Virus record (IMG/VR): IMGVR_UViG_3300029288_000101
Coordinates: 32,001-96,000 of that record
DNA: 64,000 nucleotides
Reading direction: 5' to 3' (one strand)
DNA from: a virus
Taxonomy: Duplodnaviria; Caudoviricetes
The notes under the pieces are model-generated. The model did not search any database. It worked only from the letters and a program-made list of their open reading frames with translations, and was not told where the DNA came from. This document shows positions 27,250 through 37,653 of this stretch, piece after piece (the stretch's first letter is position 1; every line of letters starts with the position of its first letter). Made by a program: the position numbers and the translations under genes.

Positions 27250-27918
27250 TTAAAATTCAAAATGCTTTCTAAATTGTTCCACTTCACTGTTACCAGCTTC
27301 TTTCTCTTTTAAATCAACTGTTTTTATTTTTTTATCAGTTCTCAATAAGCCAACATAATATTCTAATAATTTTTTTGTCATTATTACATCTGCCATTGCC
27401 CTATGTGCTTCAGGAGCTTCAAAACCTAATTTCTCACTTAAATTTGATAATTTATGTTTCCCTGTTATGTTTTGTGCCATTGCTAATTCTAAGGTATCAA
27501 AGCATTTAATAAGATTATTACTTGAAGAAACATATTCATTTAAATTCTTTCCAACTCTCTTAAACAAATAATCTAAAAAAGAAATATCAAACCCAATGTT
27601 ATGTCCTACAATTAATGGAAAATATTTTCCACGGTCACCTTTTGGAGTTAATTGTTTAAATAAACTTATCAAGAGTCTCACAAGTTCTTCCGGCTCAATT
27701 CCTTTATTTATTTCTTTGAAAGTTATTCCTGTCTTCGCAAGTGCCTCAGGTGTGTAAATTAAATTATCGTAACCTTTTACAAAAGTTTCAAATCTGGTGA
27801 TTTCTTTAAAGGTCTCTACATCAACAGCTATAATTGCTATTTCTGTTATTGGATTCTCGGTTGCTAATAAACCACCTGTCTCAAGGTCTAAAATTACAAA
27901 AGCTCTTTTAAATTCCAT
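27250..27918 (-). CDS. DEDDh 3'-5' exonuclease (DnaQ/epsilon-like)
   Basis: DLETGG, GHNIGFD, HRAMAD. Confidence 0.92.
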   Translation of the reverse strand: MEFKRAFVILDLETGGLLATENPITEIAIIAVDVETFKEITRFETFVKGYDNLIYTPEALAKTGITFKEINKGIEPEELVRLLISLFKQLTPKGDRGKYFPLIVGHNIGFDISFLDYLFKRVGKNLNEYVSSSNNLIKCFDTLELAMAQNITGKHKLSNLSEKLGFEAPEAHRAMADVIMTKKLLEYYVGLLRTDKKIKTVDLKEKEAGNSEVEQFRKHFEF

Positions 27919-27924
27919 TTTAAT

Positions 27925-28317
27925 TTAATCTAAAACTTTTTCCCATTGTTTAGAAAAATGTTTCTTTCGTTTTTGTATTCCTATAACATATAAACCTTTG
28001 TTTAAAATAGTAGGTTTATGATCAGCTACCTCAGTCACTTGATTTTTATTCCAATATTCTTCATTTAAATTTTGTAACCTTGTATGGTTCAATGTAGCTC
28101 CATCACTACCTACTTTAACTAAGAAAGCTTCTGGTATATCAGGGCACTCCATCAGTTCATAATCACCACATAAAGCATGACAGTGACCACTCTTTTCTGA
28201 TTTTGCAAAAAAAGTTTTTGGTAAAACTTTTACACTCTTAGGTAATTCTTCAATCGAAAAAATTTCTACATCGCCTTGATGAGCTTGAAATTTTCCATTT
28301 AATTTTAATTTTTCCAT
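27925..28317 (-). CDS. conserved phage protein, usual partner of DUF6745 proteins
   Basis: HQGDV, EKSGHCH, H...GLYVI..Q...VLD. Confidence 0.65.
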   Translation of the reverse strand: MEKLKLNGKFQAHQGDVEIFSIEELPKSVKVLPKTFFAKSEKSGHCHALCGDYELMECPDIPEAFLVKVGSDGATLNHTRLQNLNEEYWNKNQVTEVADHKPTILNKGLYVIGIQKRKKHFSKQWEKVLD

Positions 28318-28351
28318 TTTATTTTCTCCTTTATTAAATATTTAACTTTGT

Positions 28352-29521
28352 TTAATTTCTTAAATCCCAACAATAACTCAATTCTTTTGGGATAAAAGTT
28401 GGGCGATGATATTTTGCTGCATCAATAACACTATTAAAACTACTATCAGTAGGTATTAAATAATTTGTTCCTGTTGATGGACAAGTCATCTTCAACCAAG
28501 CTAATGCTGCTGGTGATTTTCCTTTTAAATCTTCTTCTCCTTCAAATAATTCTTTTGTTTTATATAAAATTAATGTTTCAGAGCCTGTTTTATGTTTTAT
28601 TATTTGCTTATCCACTTCTTCTGCTCCAAGTACAGATAACATACTACCCTCTCCTTTATTTGCTTCTATTATCTCATAAATACCTGCTTTTATATCCTCA
28701 TTTTGTTCATTTATAAAATCTTTTTTCGTTATTAAACCATTATTGCACTTTAAAAATACATCTGATGGAATATTTCGTCCATGAAGGAAATAATATTCAC
28801 ATTTAGTAGCTTCTGTTAAATATCCCCATTCTACTGCTATATTCCTTGTATTATGTAACCTGTTTTGTTCATCTCTATAAACTTTTTTAGGATATTTACA
28901 AACTACACAAACAGCTTCACTAAATATGGCTGAATAAATATTTGACTCTCTTTGCAGTTTAAAACATTCTTCAAAATCTTTTTCTATTGTTAAAGATAGT
29001 TTAAATTCCTCTTTTATAAATTTATACCAACTATAAAAGCAATCAGAATAAACGTTTAAAGTGAATAGGTATGAATTATTATAGTCTTCAAGCTGACTAT
29101 CAAGCTGACTATGAAGCTGACTATCAAGCTGATTATCAAGCTGATTATAAAGCTGATTATAAAGCTGACTATCAAGCTGACTATAAAGCTGACTATCAAG
29201 CTGTAGGATTTTTATTTCTTCATTTAAAGGTATTTCATTTTTAAAATTAAACAACAACTGTATTAATTGCCTTAATTCTTCATTGTTTTTTAAATAATTA
29301 AACAATAATTGCTGTTCCAGAATATTCTCTGCTACTATAATAGTAGGTTTCTTATATCCGCATTTTTCATAATTCCAATTAACTGCTGCTGCTGCTGATT
29401 CAATATTAAATTTCTCATATCTTTCACCATCAAACACACCTTCTAATGCTCGTTCAATATAAGAAGGTATTTTTGCTTGAATTTTAGGTGTAAAGTCTTC
29501 TAATGTTTTCATTTTAATCAA
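28352..29521 (-). CDS. DUF6745-like protein with tetrapeptide repeat
   Basis: QLDS/QLYN repeats, RLHN...AVEW, YFLHG, CPSTG. Confidence 0.7.
   Translation of the reverse strand: MIKMKTLEDFTPKIQAKIPSYIERALEGVFDGERYEKFNIESAAAAVNWNYEKCGYKKPTIIVAENILEQQLLFNYLKNNEELRQLIQLLFNFKNEIPLNEEIKILQLDSQLYSQLDSQLYNQLYNQLDNQLDSQLHSQLDSQLEDYNNSYLFTLNVYSDCFYSWYKFIKEEFKLSLTIEKDFEECFKLQRESNIYSAIFSEAVCVVCKYPKKVYRDEQNRLHNTRNIAVEWGYLTEATKCEYYFLHGRNIPSDVFLKCNNGLITKKDFINEQNEDIKAGIYEIIEANKGEGSMLSVLGAEEVDKQIIKHKTGSETLILYKTKELFEGEEDLKGKSPAALAWLKMTCPSTGTNYLIPTDSSFNSVIDAAKYHRPTFIPKELSYCWDLRN
29090..29203. repeat. 12-bp coding tandem repeat, about 9.5 copies
   Basis: AAGCTGA(C/T)TAT(C/A/G) units. Confidence 0.95.
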
Positions 29522-29783
29522 TTTTGATTATTTCTACTTCTAAACCTTTTAACTTTGACTTCAAAGAATTATATTTTTGGGCTCTTAATTTTTCTGTTGC
29601 AAAAGAAAAACACTCCTCTTCGCCTAAATAATAAATAATTAAAATATCAAAAGAAAATCCTGTTGGAAATTCTAAATTTTGAGAATCTTTTATTTTTATG
29701 TTTTTAATTAAGCGATAATCAATCAAAAAATCTTCAAATTCAATTAAAATCTTAACATATTTTTCTGTTTCTCCTTTATTCAT
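29514..29783 (-). CDS. hypothetical protein
   Basis: ORF overlapping the next start. Confidence 0.6.
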   Translation of the reverse strand: MNKGETEKYVKILIEFEDFLIDYRLIKNIKIKDSQNLEFPTGFSFDILIIYYLGEEECFSFATEKLRAQKYNSLKSKLKGLEVEIIKID

Positions 29784-29822
29784 TCAAAATATTTATTGTT
29801 AATTGTTTCTTTCTTTTAAAAA

Positions 29823-31106
29823 TTATTCCTCATCTAACTTAATAGGCTTTTTAAGTTTCAAATTTCTCTTTTTTGCTCCTCCCTTACCAATTGGTGCTAC
29901 CCATTCTTTCTTCTCTTTTTTTATTTCTTTTGTTGTAATAGCAGAATCTACCAAATTCTCTTTACTTTGAATGGCGAATTTTTCTGTTTCAATCTTCGCT
30001 TTTAATAATTTTCTAGGATCTGTCAAACCTTCCGTATATCTAACACGAGAACTTTCTCTTAATTCTCTTAAAATTTGTTCTTCTTCTGATTCTTTCTTCT
30101 CTACTTTTCCTCTTATATGGTCGAAGTCATAGGTTTCTGTCGTCGGATAAGAAACTCCTTCATAATCTTGTTCCTCACCTATTAATCCTAAATAATTCGC
30201 ATAGTAGCTTCTCGCTAATTCGCTTAAAACAAATAAAGGATCTACACCTAATTTTACAGCTACTCTGGAAAGAATAATTTGATTCAAATTCACTGTTTTA
30301 AATACTTCAAGTTGTAAATGTTGATTAACACGACTTTCAATTTGAATATCTAAATTTCCTGTAAAGGTAATTCTGTCTCCTTCTATTTCTTTTCTAATCT
30401 GCTCTATGTTTCCAATTAATGTTCGGTGTTCCATTACACCGAAATTCTTCTTATATTTCTCTTTCATTGATTGATAGAGCCATATAAGTTCTTCTAATCT
30501 TCCACGCTTTGTTCCTAAGCGTGTATCATCATGAGTGGATTTAAAAGTTTCTATTCGCTGAGTGATCTCTTCAATATGGTCTTTTCTCCAAGTTAATATT
30601 GTTCCATAAGTTAATGGCATCTTCCACTCTTCCACCACAATCTTATGTACTTCAGTGGCAGAAAACATACGACCAAATAAATCCAACAACTCTTCCATCT
30701 TAGAATCCAACGAACTGCCTTTCTTAAACCTTGATAAATTGTCATTAAATATTCCTTTTCCAAAGGCTTGCAAACAGAGGCAATTCAACCTACATCTTAA
30801 AGAATGAAAGGTTTTTCTTTTTGCTTCTAATTGCTTTTGTTCTTCTTCTGGAAGGTGCTCTATTCTCTTATGAAATCTACCTGGAAAGAGATTTAAGGTA
30901 ACTATTGCACCATCAGAGCACTCTACTTCTGACTTCTCGTGGAATATAGGATTAAGCCTTAATTTTTTGACTTTCTCGTATGCAATCTCATTTACAACAG
31001 GAGGATCTCCTTGCTGCTGTCGTAACAATTTGACTTCCTCGTTTAAAAGTCCTGCCTCTGAAATCTTTTTTGGCTTTTCAAACTGTTGTTTTTTTGGTTT
31101 TTCCAA
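29823..31106 (-). CDS. hypothetical helical protein (possible terminase small subunit)
   Basis: HTH-like segment plus RLEELIWLY coiled region; upstream of terL; CAGTTAT motif upstream. Confidence 0.4.
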   Translation of the reverse strand: MEKPKKQQFEKPKKISEAGLLNEEVKLLRQQQGDPPVVNEIAYEKVKKLRLNPIFHEKSEVECSDGAIVTLNLFPGRFHKRIEHLPEEEQKQLEAKRKTFHSLRCRLNCLCLQAFGKGIFNDNLSRFKKGSSLDSKMEELLDLFGRMFSATEVHKIVVEEWKMPLTYGTILTWRKDHIEEITQRIETFKSTHDDTRLGTKRGRLEELIWLYQSMKEKYKKNFGVMEHRTLIGNIEQIRKEIEGDRITFTGNLDIQIESRVNQHLQLEVFKTVNLNQIILSRVAVKLGVDPLFVLSELARSYYANYLGLIGEEQDYEGVSYPTTETYDFDHIRGKVEKKESEEEQILRELRESSRVRYTEGLTDPRKLLKAKIETEKFAIQSKENLVDSAITTKEIKKEKKEWVAPIGKGGAKKRNLKLKKPIKLDEE

Positions 31107-31169
31107 TTTTACTTTTTGTTCTATAATTGTTTAACAATATAATAACTGAAATGACATATAAAGATAGCT

Positions 31170-31461
31170 CTAAAGAAGGTCACATTCAGCTTCAAATAAC
31201 AATAAGTTTTGTTCTTGCAATAGTTTAATTTTAATGTGTTCATAATTTAAAACATTTGAATCTTGATTAGTATCTTGTAGAATTTCTTCACTTTCCGATG
31301 AAAAGGGATCTGTTTTCTTAAATTTCATTAATTTTTGTAATTCTGTAAAGGGTATATCAGCCACTATTTTTATTGCTAATTCACGAAACAAAATATTCTT
31401 CTGTAATGGGTATATTCCTAAATAATTCAGGAGATACTTTCATACTAACTCTATTTTTCAT
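31170..31461 (-). pseudogene. small gene with probable frameshift
   Basis: ATG 31461 frame stops early; 3' part continues in another frame (LFRELAIK...). Confidence 0.4.
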
Positions 31462-31481
31462 AAACTTATTTTTACCTATTA

Positions 31482-32093
31482 TTAAAATGTTTCATGTAAA
31501 AAGAATCGTTTTATTTTATAACAAATAGTAGGAGTTAGACCATTAAAATTATCTGTTTGAAAGAAGTGATTTTGTTGTCCTAATAACATATCTGAGTCGT
31601 CGTCTATTATTACATATTTATAAAAATCATAATAATTACAGCCAAATGTTTCCTTTGTTATATTTTCAACTAACCATTTATGGATTTCACATCCTCTGGT
31701 TCTACAATCACAAAAACCTGTTTTACTAATAATCTTAAACGTACCGCCACAATAATCAAAAATTTCCTGAAGTTGCTCAATTGTTTTTCCAGATCTCATT
31801 GAAGCAGACAAAACTACGACTGCGTTTGTTTCTTCACATAATTCATTAAACCAGCCTATTCTTTCTATATCAATTTGACTTTTATAATAATTTAAATCTA
31901 AAATATGTGAGTCTTTAATCTTCCCTCTGATATTGTGTAACTTTCTCAAATATTTCTTAACAACTTTATACAGCGGAACACCATCAAATCTATTTAAATG
32001 ATTAAAATATTTAGTATAATATAATTGACAATTAAACACACCATCTACATCAAGAAATATTATGTTTTTATTAAACATTTTTAGATTTTTCAA
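31482..32093 (-). CDS. HAD-family phosphatase (Swiss-army-knife RNA repair type)
   Basis: FLDVDGV, VLSASMR, RGCEI, IIDDDSDM, GLT. Confidence 0.8.
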   Translation of the reverse strand: MKNLKMFNKNIIFLDVDGVFNCQLYYTKYFNHLNRFDGVPLYKVVKKYLRKLHNIRGKIKDSHILDLNYYKSQIDIERIGWFNELCEETNAVVVLSASMRSGKTIEQLQEIFDYCGGTFKIISKTGFCDCRTRGCEIHKWLVENITKETFGCNYYDFYKYVIIDDDSDMLLGQQNHFFQTDNFNGLTPTICYKIKRFFLHETF

Positions 32094-32137
32094 AAGTTTC
32101 CATAATTATTCCTTTTTAATATTTTTTGTCAATGCAC

Positions 32138-32539
32138 TTAAAAATATAATATAAACAAATAATTACAAATTAGATGAAGTGTATTATCTGTGAAGATTAA
32201 CAGCCAAATCGTTATTGCAAAAGGTCTTTCCGGTAAAAATCCAAAATTACTAACATCTAAAGTATGCCATCCATCGCATAAATTTTCACCTTCTTTAACA
32301 ACATTATTTCTTATTGCTAAAAAATAAGCAACAATGTTAGTTTTATCAATTATAAAATGAGTTAATCCAATTCCGATAACAGCCTTCCAGTTTGTAATCA
32401 AAAGAAATGGTAAAGCATAAGTAATGCAGTGAAAAAAACAATAAATCCATCCTTTTAATGTGTTATTCTTTTTATTCAATGCCACATAGTCATTTTGAAC
32501 TATAAAATCGCCGAATAAATGTAATAGTAATTGTTCCAT
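32138..32539 (-). CDS. DUF3307-like membrane protein
   Basis: HLFGDFIVQ, HCITY, THFIID, DNTLH. Confidence 0.8.
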   Translation of the reverse strand: MEQLLLHLFGDFIVQNDYVALNKKNNTLKGWIYCFFHCITYALPFLLITNWKAVIGIGLTHFIIDKTNIVAYFLAIRNNVVKEGENLCDGWHTLDVSNFGFLPERPFAITIWLLIFTDNTLHLICNYLFILYF

Positions 32540-32782
32540 AATTATTTTTGTTTATATATTTTATAATTTATTTAACATTTCATTCAAAGGCAGCACAAAC
32601 ACAATTAGATTCAGGATAAAATATTTTCTTAGGAACTTTTTCTAAACCATCTTCCATAGTAGTTTCTTTAGAAATATTATTCGGTATGCCTTGACCAAAT
32701 TTGCACCAAACAAAATTGTCATCTTCTTTCACTTTAAACTTACAACCGCCATAAGTATTACAAGGTTTTTCATATAAGAAAT

Positions 32783-33130
32783 TTATAATTCATTGATTAA
32801 TTGTATTATCTCATTGTAAACATCTAATTCTCCAACATATAACAATTGTCTATTTCCTGTTGCCATTATAAAATCATGTTGAATTTCTTTGTTCTTAGAG
32901 TTTATCCATGAATCTAGTCTATCTCTCTTCTCGGTAATTATATTTAATAATTTTTCTGATTTATTCTCTAATATTACATAACCTTCATTCCCTCTCATTA
33001 TAGAGTGATGTGCAGAAAGAAATTCTGCTGTTAGTTCTTTTCCATTATTTGTTATAAAATTACCTTCTTTTAATTGGAAAAATATCACTTTAGAAACAGG
33101 CAAATCATTAATATTTTCAATTTTACTCAT
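32783..33130 (-). CDS. hypothetical protein
   Basis: ORF track. Confidence 0.6.
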   Translation of the reverse strand: MSKIENINDLPVSKVIFFQLKEGNFITNNGKELTAEFLSAHHSIMRGNEGYVILENKSEKLLNIITEKRDRLDSWINSKNKEIQHDFIMATGNRQLLYVGELDVYNEIIQLINEL

Positions 33131-33145
33131 AGCTTAGATGTTTCT

Positions 33146-33448
33146 TTATTTTTTAAAAGGTTTTGTTTTTGTAATTATGTTTTCTCTACATTCAATAGTT
33201 CTTTCACCATCCGAAAGTTTATAAAAATTACAGCGTTCCATACTACTATCATCGTAATAAGGTTCAATATTTATAACCGTCCATCGTTTATCTTGACTAT
33301 CCTGATCAACACCACAAATATAAACAACATCTAATATCTTAAATTTTGGCGGATTTTTGATTTTCCAAATTTGTTTAAAAAGAATCAAATAATCATTTTC
33401 CAATTCTTCTATCTTCTTAAGAAGTTGCTTTTTAGTTATCATAATCAT
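33146..33448 (-). CDS. hypothetical protein (SH3-like)
   Basis: PPKFKILDVV motif. Confidence 0.6.
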   Translation of the reverse strand: MIMITKKQLLKKIEELENDYLILFKQIWKIKNPPKFKILDVVYICGVDQDSQDKRWTVINIEPYYDDSSMERCNFYKLSDGERTIECRENIITKTKPFKK

Positions 33449-33452
33449 AGTT

Positions 33453-33689
33453 TTAAATTACTGAATTTCCAACAGTTTCTATTTTTTGTTTTATTTTACT
33501 TTCAATCAAATCTAATAACTTTGAAATCTCATCTATTTCCTGAATGATTGCCTCTGTTCTTGAAAATCTTTTTTCTAAAATTGAAGGTTTTATTTTTGAA
33601 AAATCTCTTAATAACTTCGCCTTCGAATTTAACAAACCTCTCTTTATTCTGAAGAGGGTCTCTGTGTCTTCAATAACTAAGCAGCTCAA
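33453..33689 (-). CDS. hypothetical protein
   Basis: ORF track, coupled overlap. Confidence 0.55.
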   Translation of the reverse strand: MSCLVIEDTETLFRIKRGLLNSKAKLLRDFSKIKPSILEKRFSRTEAIIQEIDEISKLLDLIESKIKQKIETVGNSVI

Positions 33690-33955
33690 AGTTTATTCCT
33701 TTTCTCTAAATTCTCTTCTGTGTTCAATTCTCGTCTTCCAGTTCCTATTTGAATGTTTAAAATTCTTATAACCTTTTCAGCTTCTTCTTTTGTACATTCT
33801 AAAATAACAGTACTTTCATTACTGGTTCTGCTTTTAAAATATATAATCAAATCTTTGATTGTTTTTAATTCTTCAGGTTTTAGTAGTCTGTAGTATTCTA
33901 ACAATTTTTTAATTTCTTCAATAGAAGGTGAAACTACTATTTCACTTTTAGTCAT
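33686..33955 (-). CDS. hypothetical protein
   Basis: ORF track. Confidence 0.55.
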   Translation of the reverse strand: MTKSEIVVSPSIEEIKKLLEYYRLLKPEELKTIKDLIIYFKSRTSNESTVILECTKEEAEKVIRILNIQIGTGRRELNTEENLEKRNKL

Positions 33956-33957
33956 GA

Positions 33958-34218
33958 TTACTTTGTTTTTTGAAATTTATTACAACCAAAACCTTGAGTT
34001 GTTTCAACTTTATTCAAAACTACACTCATGCGCCCACTCTCTACAACTCTTGAAAGTCCTTTAAAAATTTCATTTGGCTTTTCACAAATCTCCTCACAAC
34101 TACCTGTTTGTTCGTTTGTTTTTGAATTTGATTCCCAAAACAAACAATTCTTACAAACTCTAAAACTTATTTTCTTTTCTATCAAAAATTCTATAGCTTG
34201 TCTTTTAGTCATTTTCAT
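33958..34218 (-). CDS. small Cys-rich protein
   Basis: CKNCLFW...GSC...FGCNKF. Confidence 0.6.
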   Translation of the reverse strand: MKMTKRQAIEFLIEKKISFRVCKNCLFWESNSKTNEQTGSCEEICEKPNEIFKGLSRVVESGRMSVVLNKVETTQGFGCNKFQKTK

Positions 34219-34340
34219 TTTTTGATATTTTAATTTCTTTGTTTTTTAAGTTTCTGATTGTTTTGTTTTAACATCATTAAACCATTTTAACCATTCCAAG
34301 AAATGTTCTACTTTTGTTACTGTTATTTTTGCTCATATGC

Positions 34341-34868
34341 CTAATTTTTATAAATATAGTTATCTCTGATAATTAATTTTCGTTCAACTGATGCGATTGT
34401 ATCATGAATTGCTCCTCCATGCGAAAACAAAGCAATCTTCTCAACCTTAAATCCTCTATTTAATCCCATTACATTTGAATGATAACCAAATGTAATTACT
34501 TTTCCACCTTCTTTCAATACATTTTTTATCTCATCTTTTAATTGTCTAAAAGGACTACATTTAATGCCTTTATACATTTCCATACTTTTACGGTAAGCAT
34601 AAGGAGGATCAAGCAATACTGTATCAAATTTTTTGCCTTTCCAAGTTCTTAAAAATTCAACAGCGTCCATTCTATAATCTGCTAATGCTTCTAAATCTAA
34701 ATCATTCCTAATTTCATTAATATTTAATTTTGTTTTACCAGCAAATAAATTCAGCGTTCTCCCTTCGCAATTATCTTCTACCCATTCTCTTATATTTCTA
34801 ACTCGAAATGTATATCTATGCAATGGACATTTAATATAATCAAATAAAGGAGTTTCACTGTTTTTCAT
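34341..34868 (-). CDS. small amino-methyltransferase (DPPY; possible DNA N6-adenine MTase)
   Basis: LNLFAG, DA, LLDPPY. Confidence 0.75.
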   Translation of the reverse strand: MKNSETPLFDYIKCPLHRYTFRVRNIREWVEDNCEGRTLNLFAGKTKLNINEIRNDLDLEALADYRMDAVEFLRTWKGKKFDTVLLDPPYAYRKSMEMYKGIKCSPFRQLKDEIKNVLKEGGKVITFGYHSNVMGLNRGFKVEKIALFSHGGAIHDTIASVERKLIIRDNYIYKN

Positions 34869-34873
34869 AAATT

Positions 34874-35350
34874 TTACTTTAATAATCCACTGATTGTTTT
34901 TCTTTCTCTTGAGGCTAATTCGTCAACCACCTCATTCCAACGGTTTCCACTATGTCCTTTTACCTTTACGAATTTAACTTTGTTTTTATAGTTTCTTAAT
35001 TCCTTTATACACTTCAACATTGCTTCCCAAAGATCTCTATTTTTAATACCAAGATAATTCATTTCCTGCCAACCTTGCCACCAACCCTGATGAAGGCAAT
35101 TAACAATATAAGCAGAATCACTATGAATTAAAATCAAAGAGCGATTTACTTTTTGTTCTATTAATTCTTGGAGACAATTTAACACAGCGGACATTTCCGC
35201 ACGTTGAGAAGTTGTCGGAGCAGCAATCGTTCCAGAATATTCAGTTCTCCCATTTTCAAAACGTATGAGAAATGCCCAACCTCCAAATCGTTCTTCATCA
35301 GGCAAACGATTGTTGCAACTACCGTCAGTATATACAATAATTTCTTTCAA
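34874..35350 (-). CDS. rnhA: ribonuclease HI
   Basis: YTDGS, RAEMSA, SDSAY, NRDLW, VKGHSG..WNEVVDELA. Confidence 0.95.
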   Translation of the reverse strand: MKEIIVYTDGSCNNRLPDEERFGGWAFLIRFENGRTEYSGTIAAPTTSQRAEMSAVLNCLQELIEQKVNRSLILIHSDSAYIVNCLHQGWWQGWQEMNYLGIKNRDLWEAMLKCIKELRNYKNKVKFVKVKGHSGNRWNEVVDELASRERKTISGLLK

Positions 35351-35358
35351 TTTAAAAT

Positions 35359-35676
35359 TTATTTTTCAAGTACTTCGTGATTCTGAATGGAGATTTCCGC
35401 TGTCTTTAAATTGCACTCTTTACAAGTACATTTTTTGGTTCTTACTATTATGGTTTGCTTTAATTCTTTAAATATGGTTTTCAATTTTTCTAAAACCAAA
35501 TTTATGTTTTGTTCTTCAACAGAAACTGTCATCGTCTCATTAAATATAGACACCACAGCATAATTATAAAGATCTCTAATTATTAAAATTGATTCGTGGT
35601 GATTAACTTTTGAAGAACCTTCAAAAGAGGCAATCTCTTCGCCTTCCTTTGTCCAAACCTTAACAAAATTTATCAT
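35359..35676 (-). CDS. hypothetical protein
   Basis: ORF track. Confidence 0.55.
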   Translation of the reverse strand: MINFVKVWTKEGEEIASFEGSSKVNHHESILIIRDLYNYAVVSIFNETMTVSVEEQNINLVLEKLKTIFKELKQTIIVRTKKCTCKECNLKTAEISIQNHEVLEK

Positions 35677-35690
35677 TATTTTATTAATTT

Positions 35691-35969
35691 TTAAAATCCA
35701 ATATCTCTAAAAACTTTATAATGGTAATAAGGAAGATGTTTCCAAATCCGTTCAATAACTTCTTTTTTAATTTCTTCAACAGTAAATTCATCTGAATAAT
35801 TACACCCTCTTTCTTCTACAAATCCTTTTACTTTAAAGTAAGGTATATTATTTTCTTTAATCTCTATTTTACAAATTTGAAAAACTATCTCTTCTTTTGT
35901 ACCAATAAATGCTTTATTATCTTCTAATTTGACTGCACAATAAGAATATGTTGTTATAGACCCTGCCAT
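35691..35969 (-). CDS. hypothetical protein
   Basis: ORF track. Confidence 0.6.
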   Translation of the reverse strand: MAGSITTYSYCAVKLEDNKAFIGTKEEIVFQICKIEIKENNIPYFKVKGFVEERGCNYSDEFTVEEIKKEVIERIWKHLPYYHYKVFRDIGF

Positions 35970-36002
35970 AAACTTTTATTTAATTATTCAAAAATATTAT
36001 CT

Positions 36003-37196
36003 TTATCCTTTTATAACAGCTAATGGTTTTAATTCTACTAAAATCCTTACAAGATCTTTCTGATTCTCCATCACAACATCAATATCTTTATAAGCATTCG
36101 ATGCTTCATCTAAATCCGATATATTTTTCATCTCATGAAGAATGCCTTGCTCATCCATAAGTCTAATTTCATCCTCGAGATTTAAAGTTCTTGTTGCAGC
36201 AGCTCTTCCCATTTTACGACCAACACCATGTGAACAAGATTTAAATGATTGTTCATTACCAAGTCCTTCAACAATATAAGATTTTGTTCCTTGAGAACCA
36301 GGAATAATCCCAATCTCATGTAATCTTGCTGAAGTTGCTCCTTTACGATGAACTAAAACATTAGAATTAAAATGATTTTCCCATCTTGCATAATTATGTT
36401 CAACATCAATAAACATATTACTATTAAAAGGATAAACTGTTGACTTTGGAATAACTTCAGAGAATAAATCTATTATTCTCTGCATCATTAAATTTCTATT
36501 TAAAAATGCAAATCGTATACAAAATTCCATTTCAGCAATATATTTCTTTGCTTCATCTGTTTGAATAGGTAAAAATGCTAATTCTTTTGATTTTTCAATA
36601 GAGGAATACCATTGTTTATTTAGTTTCACTGCGATATTATTGTAATAATCTGCAACTTTTTTACCCAAGTTACGAGAGCCTGAATGGATCATAATCCAAA
36701 TATGTCCATCATTACCTCTTTGAATTTCAATGAAATGATTTCCTCCACCAAGCGTACCAATTTGATATCGAGCGGATTCAAATTCTTGAAGAGTAATAAA
36801 GTTAAAATCAGAAAGATTCGTTCCGGAAACCAAAGGCATTAATTTTATATCTTGGGGTGCTACATGATGATTAAATCCACAAGGAATTCTTTCATGTATT
36901 AATTCTACTATAGAGGATAACTCATCCTTAGATATTGAAGTTAAGGATGTTTTAACTGCACACATTCCACAGCCAATATCTGCACCTACAGCGTTTGGAA
37001 CGACAACATCCTTTGTTGCAATTATACCACCTATTGGCATGCCATAGCCTTTATGACAATCAGGCATTAAAGCCACATGCTTAAAAACAAAAGGCAAATT
37101 TGCTAAATTATGAGCCTGTATTAATGGTTCAGACTCAATATCGGAACACCAAGATTTTATAGGCACTTTTAAACCGTTTGCAATTACTTCTTTCAT
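36003..37196 (-). CDS. rtcB: RtcB RNA ligase
   Basis: MPDCH, DIGCGM, GGGNHFIE, HSGSR, HN, HRKGA, SHGVGR, AYK, IKG. Confidence 0.95.
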   Translation of the reverse strand: MKEVIANGLKVPIKSWCSDIESEPLIQAHNLANLPFVFKHVALMPDCHKGYGMPIGGIIATKDVVVPNAVGADIGCGMCAVKTSLTSISKDELSSIVELIHERIPCGFNHHVAPQDIKLMPLVSGTNLSDFNFITLQEFESARYQIGTLGGGNHFIEIQRGNDGHIWIMIHSGSRNLGKKVADYYNNIAVKLNKQWYSSIEKSKELAFLPIQTDEAKKYIAEMEFCIRFAFLNRNLMMQRIIDLFSEVIPKSTVYPFNSNMFIDVEHNYARWENHFNSNVLVHRKGATSARLHEIGIIPGSQGTKSYIVEGLGNEQSFKSCSHGVGRKMGRAAATRTLNLEDEIRLMDEQGILHEMKNISDLDEASNAYKDIDVVMENQKDLVRILVELKPLAVIKG

Positions 37197-37624
37197 TTGT
37201 TATTTTTTAAAAATCTTGTTGATTCTAATACTGGTAAGTTTGTTTCTGTTGGAACATAAATAACATTATTTGATTTATCTATATTATCAATCCAAAACCA
37301 ATGCAAATAAGCATCAGTTAATGACGCTCCAATTATTTGATTTGTTCTTGCTATTCCATGTGCTCTAACAGTATCAGCAGAAGCAAGCATATATGAACTT
37401 TCTAATTTTGCCTTTGCTTCGCAAACGGTTACTTCTTTTGATGATTGAGCATGTGCAAGTAACGATTCACCTTCTTTAGTTTGATTATAAACCTTATATT
37501 GTGGACATCCCCACATACCAAGAATTATAAATCCAATAATTCCAAGTATAATAGATGTACTCCATCTCATTATACTTCTTGCTAATCTCATTCCTTCAAT
37601 TGTATTTTCATCATACTGTTTCAT
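37193..37624 (-). CDS. membrane protein with SPFH-like C-terminal coil
   Basis: TM helix; RAHGIARTNQIIGASLT..YL; VIYVPTETNLP. Confidence 0.6.
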   Translation of the reverse strand: MKQYDENTIEGMRLARSIMRWSTSIILGIIGFIILGMWGCPQYKVYNQTKEGESLLAHAQSSKEVTVCEAKAKLESSYMLASADTVRAHGIARTNQIIGASLTDAYLHWFWIDNIDKSNNVIYVPTETNLPVLESTRFLKNNK

Positions 37625-37653
37625 TTTTGTTTCTCCTATTTTTTAATTAATAA

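Noticed and set aside
29090-29203. CRISPR array
   Set aside because: Contiguous 12-bp in-frame units with no spacers and no cas genes
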